Of a stretch of 32,000 nucleotides of DNA, positions 18,727 through 29,302 are shown piece by piece. Source of the stretch: Synechocystis sp. PCC 6803 substr. PCC-P (GTDB lineage: Bacteria > Cyanobacteriota > Cyanobacteriia > Cyanobacteriales > Microcystaceae). The translations under genes and the position numbers were made by a program. The notes under the pieces are model-generated. The model was given only the letters and a program-made list of their open reading frames with translations. It was not told the DNA's origin and did no database searches. How positions within the stretch are numbered: position 1 is the first letter of the stretch; each line of letters opens with the position of its first letter. The stretch spans positions 2,940,001-2,972,000 of the forward strand of contig NC_017039.1 in NCBI RefSeq assembly GCF_000284455.1, written 5' to 3'.

Positions 18727-18798
18727 GGCGGAGACGTAAGTTTCCGTTCACTCCTCACACCACACTCCGCCTGGATGATGTTCGGGCGGTTTCTTCTT
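18727..18798 (+). ncRNA. yfr1: Yfr1-type small regulatory RNA
   Basis: The exact conserved Yfr1 motif ACTCCTCACAC is at 18750-18760. It is flanked by a 5' hairpin CGGAGAC-GTAA-GTTTCCG (18729-18746). A 3' terminator hairpin CCGCCTG-9 nt-CGGGCGG (18767-18789) follows, then TTTCTTCTT. A TACAAT -10 box lies at 18715-18720. The position directly upstream of trxA matches the synteny described for Yfr1 in other cyanobacteria. Ends are approximate. Confidence 0.75.
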
Positions 18799-18947
18799 AT
18801 CTGCTCCCCAGGGGGAAAAGTGTGACGCCAACTGTGACAAAAGATGAATAAATTCTAAGTTTCACGATATTTTTCCATACAGGGGTCAACAATTGGTTAT
18901 GGTAGTATTCTAATCAGCCCATCACGAGGTTTAGAAGGATTTCCAGT

Positions 18948-19271
18948 ATGAGTGCTACCCCTCAAGTTTCCGACGCAAGTTTTAAAGAGGATGTATTAGA
19001 CAGCGAGTTACCCGTGCTCGTAGACTTTTGGGCTCCCTGGTGTGGCCCTTGTCGCATGGTAGCCCCCGTCGTTGATGAAATCTCACAACAGTACGAAGGT
19101 AAGGTCAAAGTCGTTAAGTTAAACACCGACGAGAACCCCAATACCGCTAGTCAGTATGGCATCCGCAGTATTCCCACCCTAATGATTTTCAAGGGGGGCC
19201 AGAGAGTGGATATGGTGGTGGGAGCCGTGCCCAAAACCACCCTGGCCAGCACCCTAGAAAAATATCTTTAA
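18948..19271 (+). CDS. trxA: thioredoxin (m-type)
   Basis: 107-aa ORF with the active site WAPWCGPCR and the canonical thioredoxin length. Confidence 0.95.
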   Translation: MSATPQVSDASFKEDVLDSELPVLVDFWAPWCGPCRMVAPVVDEISQQYEGKVKVVKLNTDENPNTASQYGIRSIPTLMIFKGGQRVDMVVGAVPKTTLASTLEKYL

Positions 19272-19307
19272 GCGCTGGCTTCCCTGCTTTGTGACGGTTT
19301 CCCTCCG

Positions 19308-19342
19308 GATCGTGACCCTTCCTAGGACACGGTCTTTTTTTT
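19308..19342 (+). terminator. rho-independent terminator of trxA
   Basis: GATCGTGAC-loop-GACACGGTC pairs at 8 of 9 positions including one G-U. It is followed by TTTTTTTT, 37 nt after the trxA stop. Confidence 0.7.
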
Positions 19343-19446
19343 GCCTTTTTATCCCCCTGTTGGCTATGCCCCAAATTATTTTGGGCTAAATATCGGAGTT
19401 TCGTTTTTTCGTTCTAATGGGCTGATCCACCCCCAACTTTTAGAGT

Positions 19447-20475
19447 TCACAGCATGGCTAATTCGCCAATCACTTCCAGGCGTTTATATTTACCCAGCCG
19501 GACGAATTTTTCCGACAGAGTTTCCGCCACCTGGGGAGGAATCCAGCCCATTTGTTGCAGCAGGTGAATGGCTACAGCATACTTAGCCCGTTTGGAACCG
19601 TCTTTTACTTTGATGGCTAAGCCTAAGCCTTCTCCCACTCGCCCCACACATTGCACCCCTTCAGCGCCGGATTTACTCACCAGCTCTCCTTCCATCTGTT
19701 GCATAAGTTCCGTATCAAAACAGCCTTCCCCAGCGACAAAATAGGGGTAGTAAGTCATGGCCCGAGCCACTCGTTCCAGACCCAACTGTTGCCCCGAAGC
19801 CAGCAGCGCATACAAATGAGCTATTTGTCCCAACTCCATGGTGTAGGTGGGGGCACCGCAGTCGTCATGGGCAGCGATCAATTCGGCTCCGGGCATGCCC
19901 AACAGATCCGCTACTTTGGACAGAATTAGTTTTTGGATGGGACTATTTTGTTGCAAATAACTGTGGAGCGGCCAGTCCTGTTGTTGGCAAACGGCCAGCA
20001 TCCCCGCATGTTTACCGGAGCAACCATGGTATAGAGGGCTTTCCTGTCCCGCTGGTATGGGACATTGCAGAGCTTGAGGCTCAATGTCGGCCCGCCAAAG
20101 AATGTTGAATACCTGCCGAGCTTGTTCAATGGTGCCTTGGTGGGAACCACACATAATGGCCAGGTCTTTGTCGGTAAGACCATAGCGTTCCATGGTACCG
20201 GTGCTGGTGACGGCTAGGGCTTGAAACGGTTTGAGGGAAGAGCGAATAAAGGCATTGCTGGTGCTATCGCCGGCCAGCATTAAAACCCTTCCCCTGTCGT
20301 CGTAGACTGTGGCTTCAGCCCAGTGCTGGGATTCGATGATGCCTTCCCTCAGCAAATGCACTTCGATGGGGGTAGTGTGGGGACGTTTTCCTCTGCTCAT
20401 GCTGTTGGGGGAATTTCCGATGATGGTAAAGTTTCGCGGGGTTCTATTGATTAACCTATCCTCAATTCTAGGCAT
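19447..20475 (-). CDS. asparaginase II family protein (Rhizobium-type, PF06089-like)
   Basis: Motifs RSSLKPFQA, CSGKHAGMLA, HDDCGAPT and KSGAEGV. The start may be an internal ATG (MSRGKRPH). Confidence 0.8.
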   Translation of the reverse strand: MPRIEDRLINRTPRNFTIIGNSPNSMSRGKRPHTTPIEVHLLREGIIESQHWAEATVYDDRGRVLMLAGDSTSNAFIRSSLKPFQALAVTSTGTMERYGLTDKDLAIMCGSHQGTIEQARQVFNILWRADIEPQALQCPIPAGQESPLYHGCSGKHAGMLAVCQQQDWPLHSYLQQNSPIQKLILSKVADLLGMPGAELIAAHDDCGAPTYTMELGQIAHLYALLASGQQLGLERVARAMTYYPYFVAGEGCFDTELMQQMEGELVSKSGAEGVQCVGRVGEGLGLAIKVKDGSKRAKYAVAIHLLQQMGWIPPQVAETLSEKFVRLGKYKRLEVIGELAML

Positions 20476-20533
20476 TTAGGGCACTTTGCACGGATCAGAG
20501 CCCATTTGATCTGTTTAATCTGTGCAATTTTGC

Positions 20534-21055
20534 TCAATGGAGAAATCGAAAAATGGTCCAAATAAGAATGTCGATCGCCATGGTGGCCCCCAGGAGTTTC
20601 AGAGTATTTTGCCAACGTTGTAGTACGGGGTTAACTTGATAGCGCAAAATAAGTTGGTCCCTGGTTTGCACTTCCAATGGTTTGCGCCACACCTGGCCAT
20701 CGTACCAACCGGATTCTTCGTAGGTGACGGTTTCCGCCCCTAGGCGATCGCCAACGTAACGCCAGCCCAACATCAAGCGCAACACAAACAGAGACAATAA
20801 AAGGCAAATACCCAGCACAATCAGAAAACCGCATTGAACCGGTTGCTTTTCCACCGAAAAACTGGCAGAGGCGATCGGACTGACAATAAAACTGATCAGC
20901 AGGGCCAGACGGGTGAGGTTTTTGCCGTAGCTAAGCAGATCTACTTGACCCCAGGAATAGAGCCAAGCGGATTTGAGCGCTTCATATTCGTTGACCGGCT
21001 GTTGGTCGATAGGCACAGGACAGATTTGGGGGGAAGATTCCCGCATCGGCTTCAT
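20534..21055 (-). CDS. Ycf36/DUF1230 (CGLD27-like) membrane protein
   Basis: 173-aa ORF. The N-terminal CPVPIDQQPVNEYEALKSAWLYSW is followed by two hydrophobic spans, which matches my recollection of the cyanobacterial/plastid Ycf36 family. Confidence 0.65.
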   Translation of the reverse strand: MKPMRESSPQICPVPIDQQPVNEYEALKSAWLYSWGQVDLLSYGKNLTRLALLISFIVSPIASASFSVEKQPVQCGFLIVLGICLLLSLFVLRLMLGWRYVGDRLGAETVTYEESGWYDGQVWRKPLEVQTRDQLILRYQVNPVLQRWQNTLKLLGATMAIDILIWTIFRFLH

Positions 21056-21224
21056 GGGTTTGGGAAGATGGGCTAGAGGATTTAGTGTAATTCCTTCCCA
21101 TTTTGACCCAGAATTTCGGTGAGCACCAAGTTATGGTGAGCTAGGAAATTTGCTTAATTTTGCCTAAAGCAGATTTTCCTGGGGCCCCTCTCCGCTAACC
21201 TGGGATTATCTGTGTTGGTGACCT

Positions 21225-22340
21225 ATGCCTGTATCTCCCCTATCGGTTTGTATTACCCTGGGCACCCGCCCCGAGGCGATTAAATTAGCCCCAGTGATCC
21301 GTGCTTTCCTGGCCCAGCCTGATATGCACACCCAAGTGTTGTTAACGGGACAGCATCGGGAAATGGTGCAACAGGTGATGGATTTATTTGCATTGTCGGC
21401 GGACGCAGATCTGGAAATTATGCAACCGGGGCAAACCCTCACGGACATTACCCAGGGCTGTTTAGAAGGACTAGGACAACTATGGCAAGAAAAACCGCCC
21501 CAATTGGTCATTGTCCAGGGGGACACCACCACTGCATTTGCTGCGGCCCTGGCAGCTTTTTACCAACAAATCCCCATTGGCCATGTGGAAGCAGGTTTAC
21601 GCACCGATAATTTGTTTAACCCCTATCCAGAGGAAGCCAATCGCCGTCTAATTTCCCAAATAGCCCAGTTGCACTTTGCCCCCACTACCTTGGCGGTGGA
21701 GAATTTACGGCGGTCCGATGTCACCGGGGAAATCCATTTAACGGGCAATACGGTCATTGATGCCCTGTTAACGGTGGCGGAACAAAAACCAGCCTGTCCC
21801 ATTCCAGGTTTGGACTGGCAGAAGCATCGAGTTTTACTGGCTACAGTGCATCGCCGGGAAAATTGGGGGGAGCCCTTGCAGGATATTTTGACCAGTTTTA
21901 GCCAAATTCTAGAGCAGTTTCCCGACACGGCCCTATTGCTGCCCATGCACCGTAATCCCACTGTGCGGGAACCGATTCAAAAGGCGTTGGGTAATCATCC
22001 CCGGGTTTTTCTGACAGAACCCTTGGATTACGCCCAATTGGTGGGGGCAATTCAGCATTGTTATTTACTGTTGACGGATTCCGGGGGTCTGCAGGAAGAA
22101 GCTCCTAGTTTGGGAAAACCTGTGTTAGTGTTGCGGGAAACAACGGAACGCCCAGAGGCGATCGCCGCTGGAACTGCCAAATTAGTGGGAACGGATCCAG
22201 CTGCGGTTACGAAGGCTGCCGGGGAATTACTAAGTCAACCTCAGGCTTATGAGCAAATGGCCAACGCCATCAATCCTTTTGGGGATGGTACCGCTAGCCA
22301 AAAAATTATCGAAATTGTCCGTAACTATTTCCAGCATTAA
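21225..22340 (+). CDS. wecB: UDP-N-acetylglucosamine 2-epimerase (non-hydrolysing)
   Basis: Motifs GTRPEAIKLAPV, VQGDTTT, HVEAGLRT, PEEANRR and TDSGGLQEEAPSLGKPVLVLRETTERPE. Confidence 0.9.
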   Translation: MPVSPLSVCITLGTRPEAIKLAPVIRAFLAQPDMHTQVLLTGQHREMVQQVMDLFALSADADLEIMQPGQTLTDITQGCLEGLGQLWQEKPPQLVIVQGDTTTAFAAALAAFYQQIPIGHVEAGLRTDNLFNPYPEEANRRLISQIAQLHFAPTTLAVENLRRSDVTGEIHLTGNTVIDALLTVAEQKPACPIPGLDWQKHRVLLATVHRRENWGEPLQDILTSFSQILEQFPDTALLLPMHRNPTVREPIQKALGNHPRVFLTEPLDYAQLVGAIQHCYLLLTDSGGLQEEAPSLGKPVLVLRETTERPEAIAAGTAKLVGTDPAAVTKAAGELLSQPQAYEQMANAINPFGDGTASQKIIEIVRNYFQH

Positions 22341-22397
22341 AGCTGGTGCCACCATTGTCTTGAATTTGTTAGTCAAAATTTTTAGTAAAACCACATA

Positions 22398-23861
22398 ATG
22401 CTCAGTTTAATTAATGTTTTATTTGCCTTTATAACCATAGCGATTTTAATCCTAGCGGGTAGGTTTCTTAAGCAAAAAATTAAACTATTTCAAAAACTAT
22501 ATTTACCAGAATCGATTATCGCCGGGGCGATCGCCCTGTTGTTGGGGCCTGGAGTTTTCGGTGCTATTGCCGTGGCTTTGGGGGTGCCTGCCGACGGCTA
22601 TTTAGCGGGGGGCGTATTTTCAGAAACCACCCGTGCGGTCTGGGCCCAATCCCCCGGAGTATTTATAAATATAGTTTTTGCCGCTCTCTTCCTAGGGGAA
22701 ACCATTCCCAAACCAAAGGAAATTTGGCGAAAAACTGCTCCCCAGGTAGCCTTTGGCCAGACGTTGGCTTGGGGCCAATATGTTCTGCCCATACTGGTAA
22801 CTTTATTGATTTTAATTCCCCTATTTGATGTCGATCCCATCATTGCAACTTTAGTGGAAATTAGTTTTGAAGGAGGCCACGGAACAGCCGCGGGGATGGC
22901 AGAAACTTTTAACAGGTTAAACTTTCCCGATGGGGGAGATTTAGCCCTGGGATTAGCCACGGTGGGCATTGTTACAGGGGTAATTGCCGGAACGATTTTG
23001 GCCGACTGGGGCAGAAAAAATAATTACATTCAAGAAATACCAACGGAAGTACCATCAGGAGACGCCCAATTTCAACCTACGGCCCATCTAGAGAGCGATC
23101 GGGTTTTAACCAGAAGGGCCCGGTTAATGCAGAATCTTTTAGTTGATCCCCTGTCTTTAAACTTTGGTTTTACGGCCCTAGCAGTGTTGATTGGCTGGAT
23201 AATTTTAGAATTACTTAGGTTATTAGAATTTTTCACCTGGGGAAAAACGGGTTTTGAGTTAGCTGGAGCCATTCCCCTATTCCCCATGGCTTTGATCGGG
23301 GGAATTATTGTCCAACTAATCATGAAAAAGTTGGATTTAGATACCTTAATTATTCGCAATTTACAGGAAAGAATTGCTGGGGTTGCACTGGATTTAGTGG
23401 TGGTGACTGCTTTGGCTTCCATTAAACTGCAAGTGTTGGGGGCTAACTTGCCCGTTTTTCTTAGTTTGTCTTTGGTGGGAATTGTTTGGAATATTGTCGC
23501 TTTTGTCTACCTAGCACCAAAAATTTTACCGAGCTACTGGTTTGAACGGGGCATTGGTGATATGGGCCAATCCATGGGAGTTACTGCCACGGGAATTCTC
23601 TTAATTAAAATGGTGGACCCCCATAACCGCACGGGTGCATTTGAGAGTTTTGCCTATAAACAATTATTTTTTGAACCCATTGTTGGCGGGGGATTATTTA
23701 CAGCAGCGGCCCCTACTTTGATCCGACAATTTGGCCTAGTTCCCATGCTAATTTCCACCTCTGGGCTATTAGCTTTTTGGTTAATCTTTGGTTTCTGGAA
23801 CTACAAGGTGATTAAACGAGAAATGATCGCCGAAGCGAATTCTCCCAACCCAATTACTTGA
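22398..23861 (+). CDS. gltS: sodium/glutamate symporter (GltS/ESS family)-like transporter
   Basis: 487-aa polytopic ORF. The N-terminus (LILAGRFLKQKIKLFQKLYLPESIIAG) and the SFEGGHGTAAG motif parallel E. coli GltS (LSGGHGTGAAW). Confidence 0.75.
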   Translation: MLSLINVLFAFITIAILILAGRFLKQKIKLFQKLYLPESIIAGAIALLLGPGVFGAIAVALGVPADGYLAGGVFSETTRAVWAQSPGVFINIVFAALFLGETIPKPKEIWRKTAPQVAFGQTLAWGQYVLPILVTLLILIPLFDVDPIIATLVEISFEGGHGTAAGMAETFNRLNFPDGGDLALGLATVGIVTGVIAGTILADWGRKNNYIQEIPTEVPSGDAQFQPTAHLESDRVLTRRARLMQNLLVDPLSLNFGFTALAVLIGWIILELLRLLEFFTWGKTGFELAGAIPLFPMALIGGIIVQLIMKKLDLDTLIIRNLQERIAGVALDLVVVTALASIKLQVLGANLPVFLSLSLVGIVWNIVAFVYLAPKILPSYWFERGIGDMGQSMGVTATGILLIKMVDPHNRTGAFESFAYKQLFFEPIVGGGLFTAAAPTLIRQFGLVPMLISTSGLLAFWLIFGFWNYKVIKREMIAEANSPNPIT

Positions 23862-23884
23862 TATTGATATTCAGGGAATAATAA

Positions 23885-23923
23885 ACTGCAATTAGGTCTG
23901 TTCTATGTACGAAAAATTGCAGT
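23885..23923. terminator. perfect 9-bp inverted repeat between convergent genes (possible bidirectional terminator)
   Basis: ACTGCAATT-21 nt-AATTGCAGT, flanked by A/T-rich sequence on both sides. It lies between the gltS-like stop (23861) and the aroH stop (23982). The large loop lowers confidence. Confidence 0.4.
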
Positions 23924-23981
23924 ATTTAGCAGCGTTAAAAATTAAGATCTTGTAACGTCTTGGTCAAGCCTTGGTCAATCT

Positions 23982-24371
23982 TTAAAATCTGGCTAGATGC
24001 CAGTCGGGGCGTAAACTGCGAGCTTGCCGTAAATAAGCGTGGTACATCTCAGACTGGGGACTTTGGCTGTTGACATGGATCAACACCCGGATACACCGTT
24101 CCAAACTACCTTTTACACACATTTGTTGGACATCTAGCAGGGGTACATTTTCCCAACGGGGCCTCTGCCTGGCGATCGCCGCCGGAAAAATGGCATCGAG
24201 ATCGGGGGTAACGGAGAAGGTTACGCTGACAATGTCTTCAGGGGGACAGGCATTATTCGCTTCAATGACATCCAGTAGCTCACAGACCGCATCTCGGATT
24301 GCCTCAGAGCTATTTTCCGAAACCGTCGTTGCACCCCGAATTGCCCGAACTTTCCAGTCCACCACCCTCAA
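23982..24371 (-). CDS. aroH: chorismate mutase, AroH class
   Basis: 129-aa ORF. The motif RAIRGATTV near the N-terminus and the size are typical of monofunctional AroH. Confidence 0.85.
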   Translation of the reverse strand: MRVVDWKVRAIRGATTVSENSSEAIRDAVCELLDVIEANNACPPEDIVSVTFSVTPDLDAIFPAAIARQRPRWENVPLLDVQQMCVKGSLERCIRVLIHVNSQSPQSEMYHAYLRQARSLRPDWHLARF

Positions 24372-24562
24372 CCTCCTCGTTAATTGCTAGTAAGTTTAGT
24401 CTTTGTGAGTTGAATTTAATTTAATCGGTCTAGTTACGGGGGCAAAAGTTCCCCGTTTAGCCCTAGCCCAAGGGTAAGGGACTATTTTGCTTGGAAACCA
24501 CACCCATCTTACCGGACAATTCGGTTAGGATGATTGACTGACCTTTTGCCAATTTTGCCTGA

Positions 24563-25759
24563 ATGTCTATGCCTCGCCTCAGCCTTTGCATGATTGTTCA
24601 AAACGAAGCCGCTTTCCTAGGAGATTGCCTGGCCAGTGTGGCGAGTTTAGTGGACGAAATAGTCATAGCAGATACAGGGTCCACCGATAACACAGTGGAA
24701 ATTGCCACCCAGGCGGGAGCTAAGGTGATCACTGTGCCTTGGCAGGATGATTTTGCCCTGGCTCGCAATCAGGCCCTAGCGGCCACCACTGGAGATTGGG
24801 TTTTAGTCCTCGACGCGGACGAAAGGTTGAATATTTTGGTAAAAGATGGCATCGAAAAGGCGATCGCCATGGACAATGCCTTAGTGGTGAACCTAATGCG
24901 CCACGAACTGGGCAGTAATCAATCTCCCTATTCCTTGGTATCCCGACTGTTTCGTCGTCATCCGGCAGTGCAATTTAACCGTGCTTACCACGAAACCATT
25001 GACGACAGTGTGTTGGCCTTATTAACCCAGGAACCGGATTGGCAAGTGATTGACCTACCGGGGGTGGCCATTTTGCACCAGGGCTATGACCCTACTTTAC
25101 TCAGGCAACGGGGCAAAACCCAACGGGCCAAGCATTTACTCGAAAAAGCCAGGGTGGATAATCCCCAGGATCCTTACCTCTGCAGTAAGTTGGGAGCCTT
25201 ATATTTTAGTTTGGGGGATGAAAAAGAAGGGGTAAAACTACTCAAGCAGGGTCTAAAAAGCAATACAGCTTCCATCCCTGTGCGATTTGAATTGCATTAC
25301 CATTTGGCCAACGCCTACCGTCGCCAACAAAAATGGGAACTGGCTCGGAAGCATTATCAAAAAGCCCTGGATGAAGAAATTTTATTGCCGCTAAAATTAG
25401 GTGCTTTGATTAATTACGGTGCTTTTTTACAAGACTTGGGGGAATTGGGCGAAGCAATTAAGCTTTATCAAGCAGTAATTCACATTGATCCATCCCAGGC
25501 GATCGCCTTTTTTAATCTAGCTATGATTTACAAAGCCCAAGGGAATTTGCTAGAAGCTATTAAAGGTTATCAAGAGGCTATTACCCTGCAACCGGATTAT
25601 GCTGAAGCCTATCAAAACTTAGCTGTTACTAGCTTTAAAGCTGGGCTAATTCAGGAAAGTGTCGATGCTTTCCAACAGGCGATCGCCCTTTACGAACAAC
25701 GGCAATCTCCGGAGGCAGATCGACTAAGAAAAAACCTAGGAGAAATGGGTTTGATCTAA
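24563..25759 (+). CDS. family-2 glycosyltransferase fused to C-terminal TPR repeats
   Basis: The N-terminal LSLCMIVQNEAAFLGDCLASV...ADTGSTDNT...LDADE (a GT2 DxD-like motif) is present. The C-terminal half has about 4 TPR-like repeats (e.g. AIAFFNLAMIYKAQGNLLEAIKGYQEAITLQPDYAEAYQNLA). Confidence 0.85.
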   Translation: MSMPRLSLCMIVQNEAAFLGDCLASVASLVDEIVIADTGSTDNTVEIATQAGAKVITVPWQDDFALARNQALAATTGDWVLVLDADERLNILVKDGIEKAIAMDNALVVNLMRHELGSNQSPYSLVSRLFRRHPAVQFNRAYHETIDDSVLALLTQEPDWQVIDLPGVAILHQGYDPTLLRQRGKTQRAKHLLEKARVDNPQDPYLCSKLGALYFSLGDEKEGVKLLKQGLKSNTASIPVRFELHYHLANAYRRQQKWELARKHYQKALDEEILLPLKLGALINYGAFLQDLGELGEAIKLYQAVIHIDPSQAIAFFNLAMIYKAQGNLLEAIKGYQEAITLQPDYAEAYQNLAVTSFKAGLIQESVDAFQQAIALYEQRQSPEADRLRKNLGEMGLI

Positions 25760-25843
25760 ATGTGCAATTTATTCATGGAAATGCCAAAAGAATTGTTTGA
25801 GTGAAACTGGCTCAAGATTCGATTATCACCCAAGAAAAGTTAA

Positions 25844-27214
25844 CTATCGCTCTTCTATCATTGTGGGTAGGATAAAACGGAGAAGATAGTCTGAAATGCG
25901 GAGGTGGTATATGGTTGCCCCACGTGAAGCAAAAGAAACAGTATAATTCATTGACAAATACTGCGAAGGATACAGAGGCTTATTTTATTTCCAAAAGTGA
26001 GAATGAGAAGCTTTGAATACTTGCATCTAGGATTAATTGCGAATATAAAGAGAAAAACCTTCGCAGAAATAGCTAAGGTAGTAGGACTAGAAAATGGACA
26101 AGGATTTGACTATTTCTTCGGTAACAGCCCTTGGTCGTTAGAGGAGGTAAGGGAAAGAAGAATTAATAAAATTCTGAGTTTTGCGAAAGGAGAAGCAATA
26201 ACAATGATCATAGACGAAACAGGGGATAGGAAAAAAGGAAGAAAGACAGATTATGTTGCGCGTCAGTATATTGGCAATCTAGGAAAAATAGAAAATGGAA
26301 TAGTAGAGGTGATGTGTTATGGAATTATAAAGGGAATGACAGTACCATTAATCAGCAAAGTATATAAACCAGAGACAAGACTAAAAGAGGGGGATAAATA
26401 CAAAAATAAGCCAGAAATAGCAGGGGAAATTATCAAAGAAATAAAAGAGCTTGGTTTCAATATAAAGGTAGTATTAGCAGATAGTGAATATGGAGAGAGC
26501 AGCGAAAACTTTGTAAGAGTATTAGAAAAAGAAAATCTAGAATATGTACTAGCTATAAGGAGTAATCATGGAGTCTGGCTTGGGAAAGAGGAAAGAGTAA
26601 GAGCGAACAAATGGGGAAAATTTGAGAGAGAATTTGCAAGTGGAAAGTCGGAAATAAGATACGTGAGAGAAATTATTTATGGAAAGAGAGGGGAAAAAAG
26701 ATATTGGCAAGTAACGGATAACAAGGAGAAAATGCCGTCAAATTCAACGTATTGTATTATGACAAAAGTATCAGAAATAAAATATAAAGAAGTGGGTAAC
26801 TTATATGGAGCAAGGAACTGGATAGAGTATGGATTAAAGCAAATAAAGAATGAACTGGGGTGGGCAGATTTTAGAATAATGGACTATTCCAGAATAGAAA
26901 AATGGCGGGAAATAGTGATGAGCGTATATTTAATGGTAAGTCTTCAGATAGAAAATTTGCCTCCGCATGATAACTCCTTAAACAAATCAAAAAAATGGAT
27001 GGAAAAACATACTTAACAACATGAAATTAATAATTCAGCCATTATGTTACTTTAATTTATTAAAGCCGTGGATGACGGTGATTTATACACCTCAGTTATT
27101 GAGAAACTTCCATTGCTTATTTGACAAATTGAAGAAGGCAGTAATGGCTTTAGGAGACCTTATTATTGCTCCAATTATTTTACCTTCCCACCTACACTGA
27201 TAGAAGAGCGATAG
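25844..27214 (+). mobile_element. IS701-family insertion sequence (1371 bp), apparently inactivated
   Basis: Terminal inverted repeats: left CTATCGCTCTTCTATCATTGTGGGTAGGA (25844-25872) against the reverse complement of 27186-27214, CTATCGCTCTTCTATCAGTGTAGGTGGGA. The first 17 of 17 positions are identical and about 26 of 29 overall. The internal DDE transposase has IS701-type motifs. GC content is far below the host. I could not define a clean target-site duplication. Confidence 0.8.
25911..27200 (+). pseudogene. IS701-family DDE transposase, disrupted (nonsense plus two frameshifts)
   Basis: The longest intact piece is ORF 25997-27016, with IDETGDRKKG...ARQYIGNLGKIENG, VLADSEYGES and NWIEYGLKQIKNELGWADF. 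The N-terminus MVAPREAKETV-TAA(25944-25946)-FIDKYCEGYRGLF is in another frame. A tandem 5-bp duplication TATTT|TATTT (25981-25990) shifts the frame. The A7 run at 26989-26995 shifts the frame before the conserved tail GWKNILNNMKLIIQP...LPSHLH-TGA (stop 27198-27200, inside the right IR). Confidence 0.75.
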
Positions 27215-27371
27215 GTTTTCGACAGGCTTATTTGGTGGCTTTTTTGAATTTGGGATTCTTCCCCAGGTGAGCCATGGGGATTCTAATTCGCCCTGGCTGT
27301 TTATGGTGATAGTAGAATCGGCCCTCGGCATTCCCTAACATGTAAACTTTTTCCACTAACCATCTGTTGCT

Positions 27372-27413
27372 CCTAACAAACAACAAAAGGGGAGCGGAAA
27401 AACCGACCCCCTT
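27372..27413 (-). terminator. rho-independent terminator downstream of amt1
   Basis: On the - strand: AAGGGGGTCGG-TTTTT-CCGCTCCCCTT, with 10 of 11 positions paired including one G-U. It is followed by TTGTTGTTTGTT and lies about 90 nt after the amt1 stop. Confidence 0.65.
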
Positions 27414-27504
27414 GAAGATAGTTACTATTTTTTGCCAGTTTGATGACAATTAATTTGCCTGCAGTCGGTGAAAGGATAAATTTTATCCTTCCAGCCCAGA
27501 CGAA

Positions 27505-29085
<1,581 letters not shown>

Positions 29086-29202
29086 TTATTAAGCCAGCTC
29101 TGTGATAGTGCCCTGCCATAGATTTGGTCGAAGAATAGAAGAAACTAGACTTTTTCGGACATCAAACCATTAGAGTATTCAATTTTTACATGATTGTTTT
29201 CT

Positions 29203-29216
29203 GTATGATTTACTAC
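29203..29216 (-). promoter_or_regulatory. NtcA-type binding site GTA-N8-TAC upstream of amt1
   Basis: cTGTAtgatttacTACt is read directly and lies about 175 nt upstream of the amt1 ATG. A TA-N3-T-like -10 candidate (TACTCT on the - strand, 29172-29177) sits about 25 nt downstream of the box. This is consistent with class-II NtcA-activated promoters, and amt genes are classical NtcA targets. Confidence 0.6.
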
Positions 29217-29302
29217 TTTTCAAATGGAAAATTCGGTGTAAACCTGTGAACTTTAGTGGCTCCCCTGCTTTTACCCATGGGGTTAATCGTCTTTTTGTAC
29301 TA

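Noticed and set aside
18451-18825. 124-aa + strand ORF spanning the flavoprotein start and the trxA upstream spacer
   Set aside because: It overlaps the 5' end of the - strand flavoprotein gene and runs through the Yfr1 hairpins and terminator. It has a low-complexity P/K-rich translation and no RBS. It is best explained as a chance ORF.
23959-23978. Direct repeat CTTGGTCAA x2 (11-bp period) next to the aroH stop
   Set aside because: It has only two copies. It plausibly arose by chance or as part of the 3' UTR, and no associated function can be argued.
27092-27449. Two overlapping - strand ORFs (79 and 73 aa) between the IS and amt1
   Set aside because: One ORF crosses the right inverted repeat of the IS. 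The other contains the amt1 terminator hairpin and U-tract in its coding frame. Neither has an RBS or a recognisable motif.
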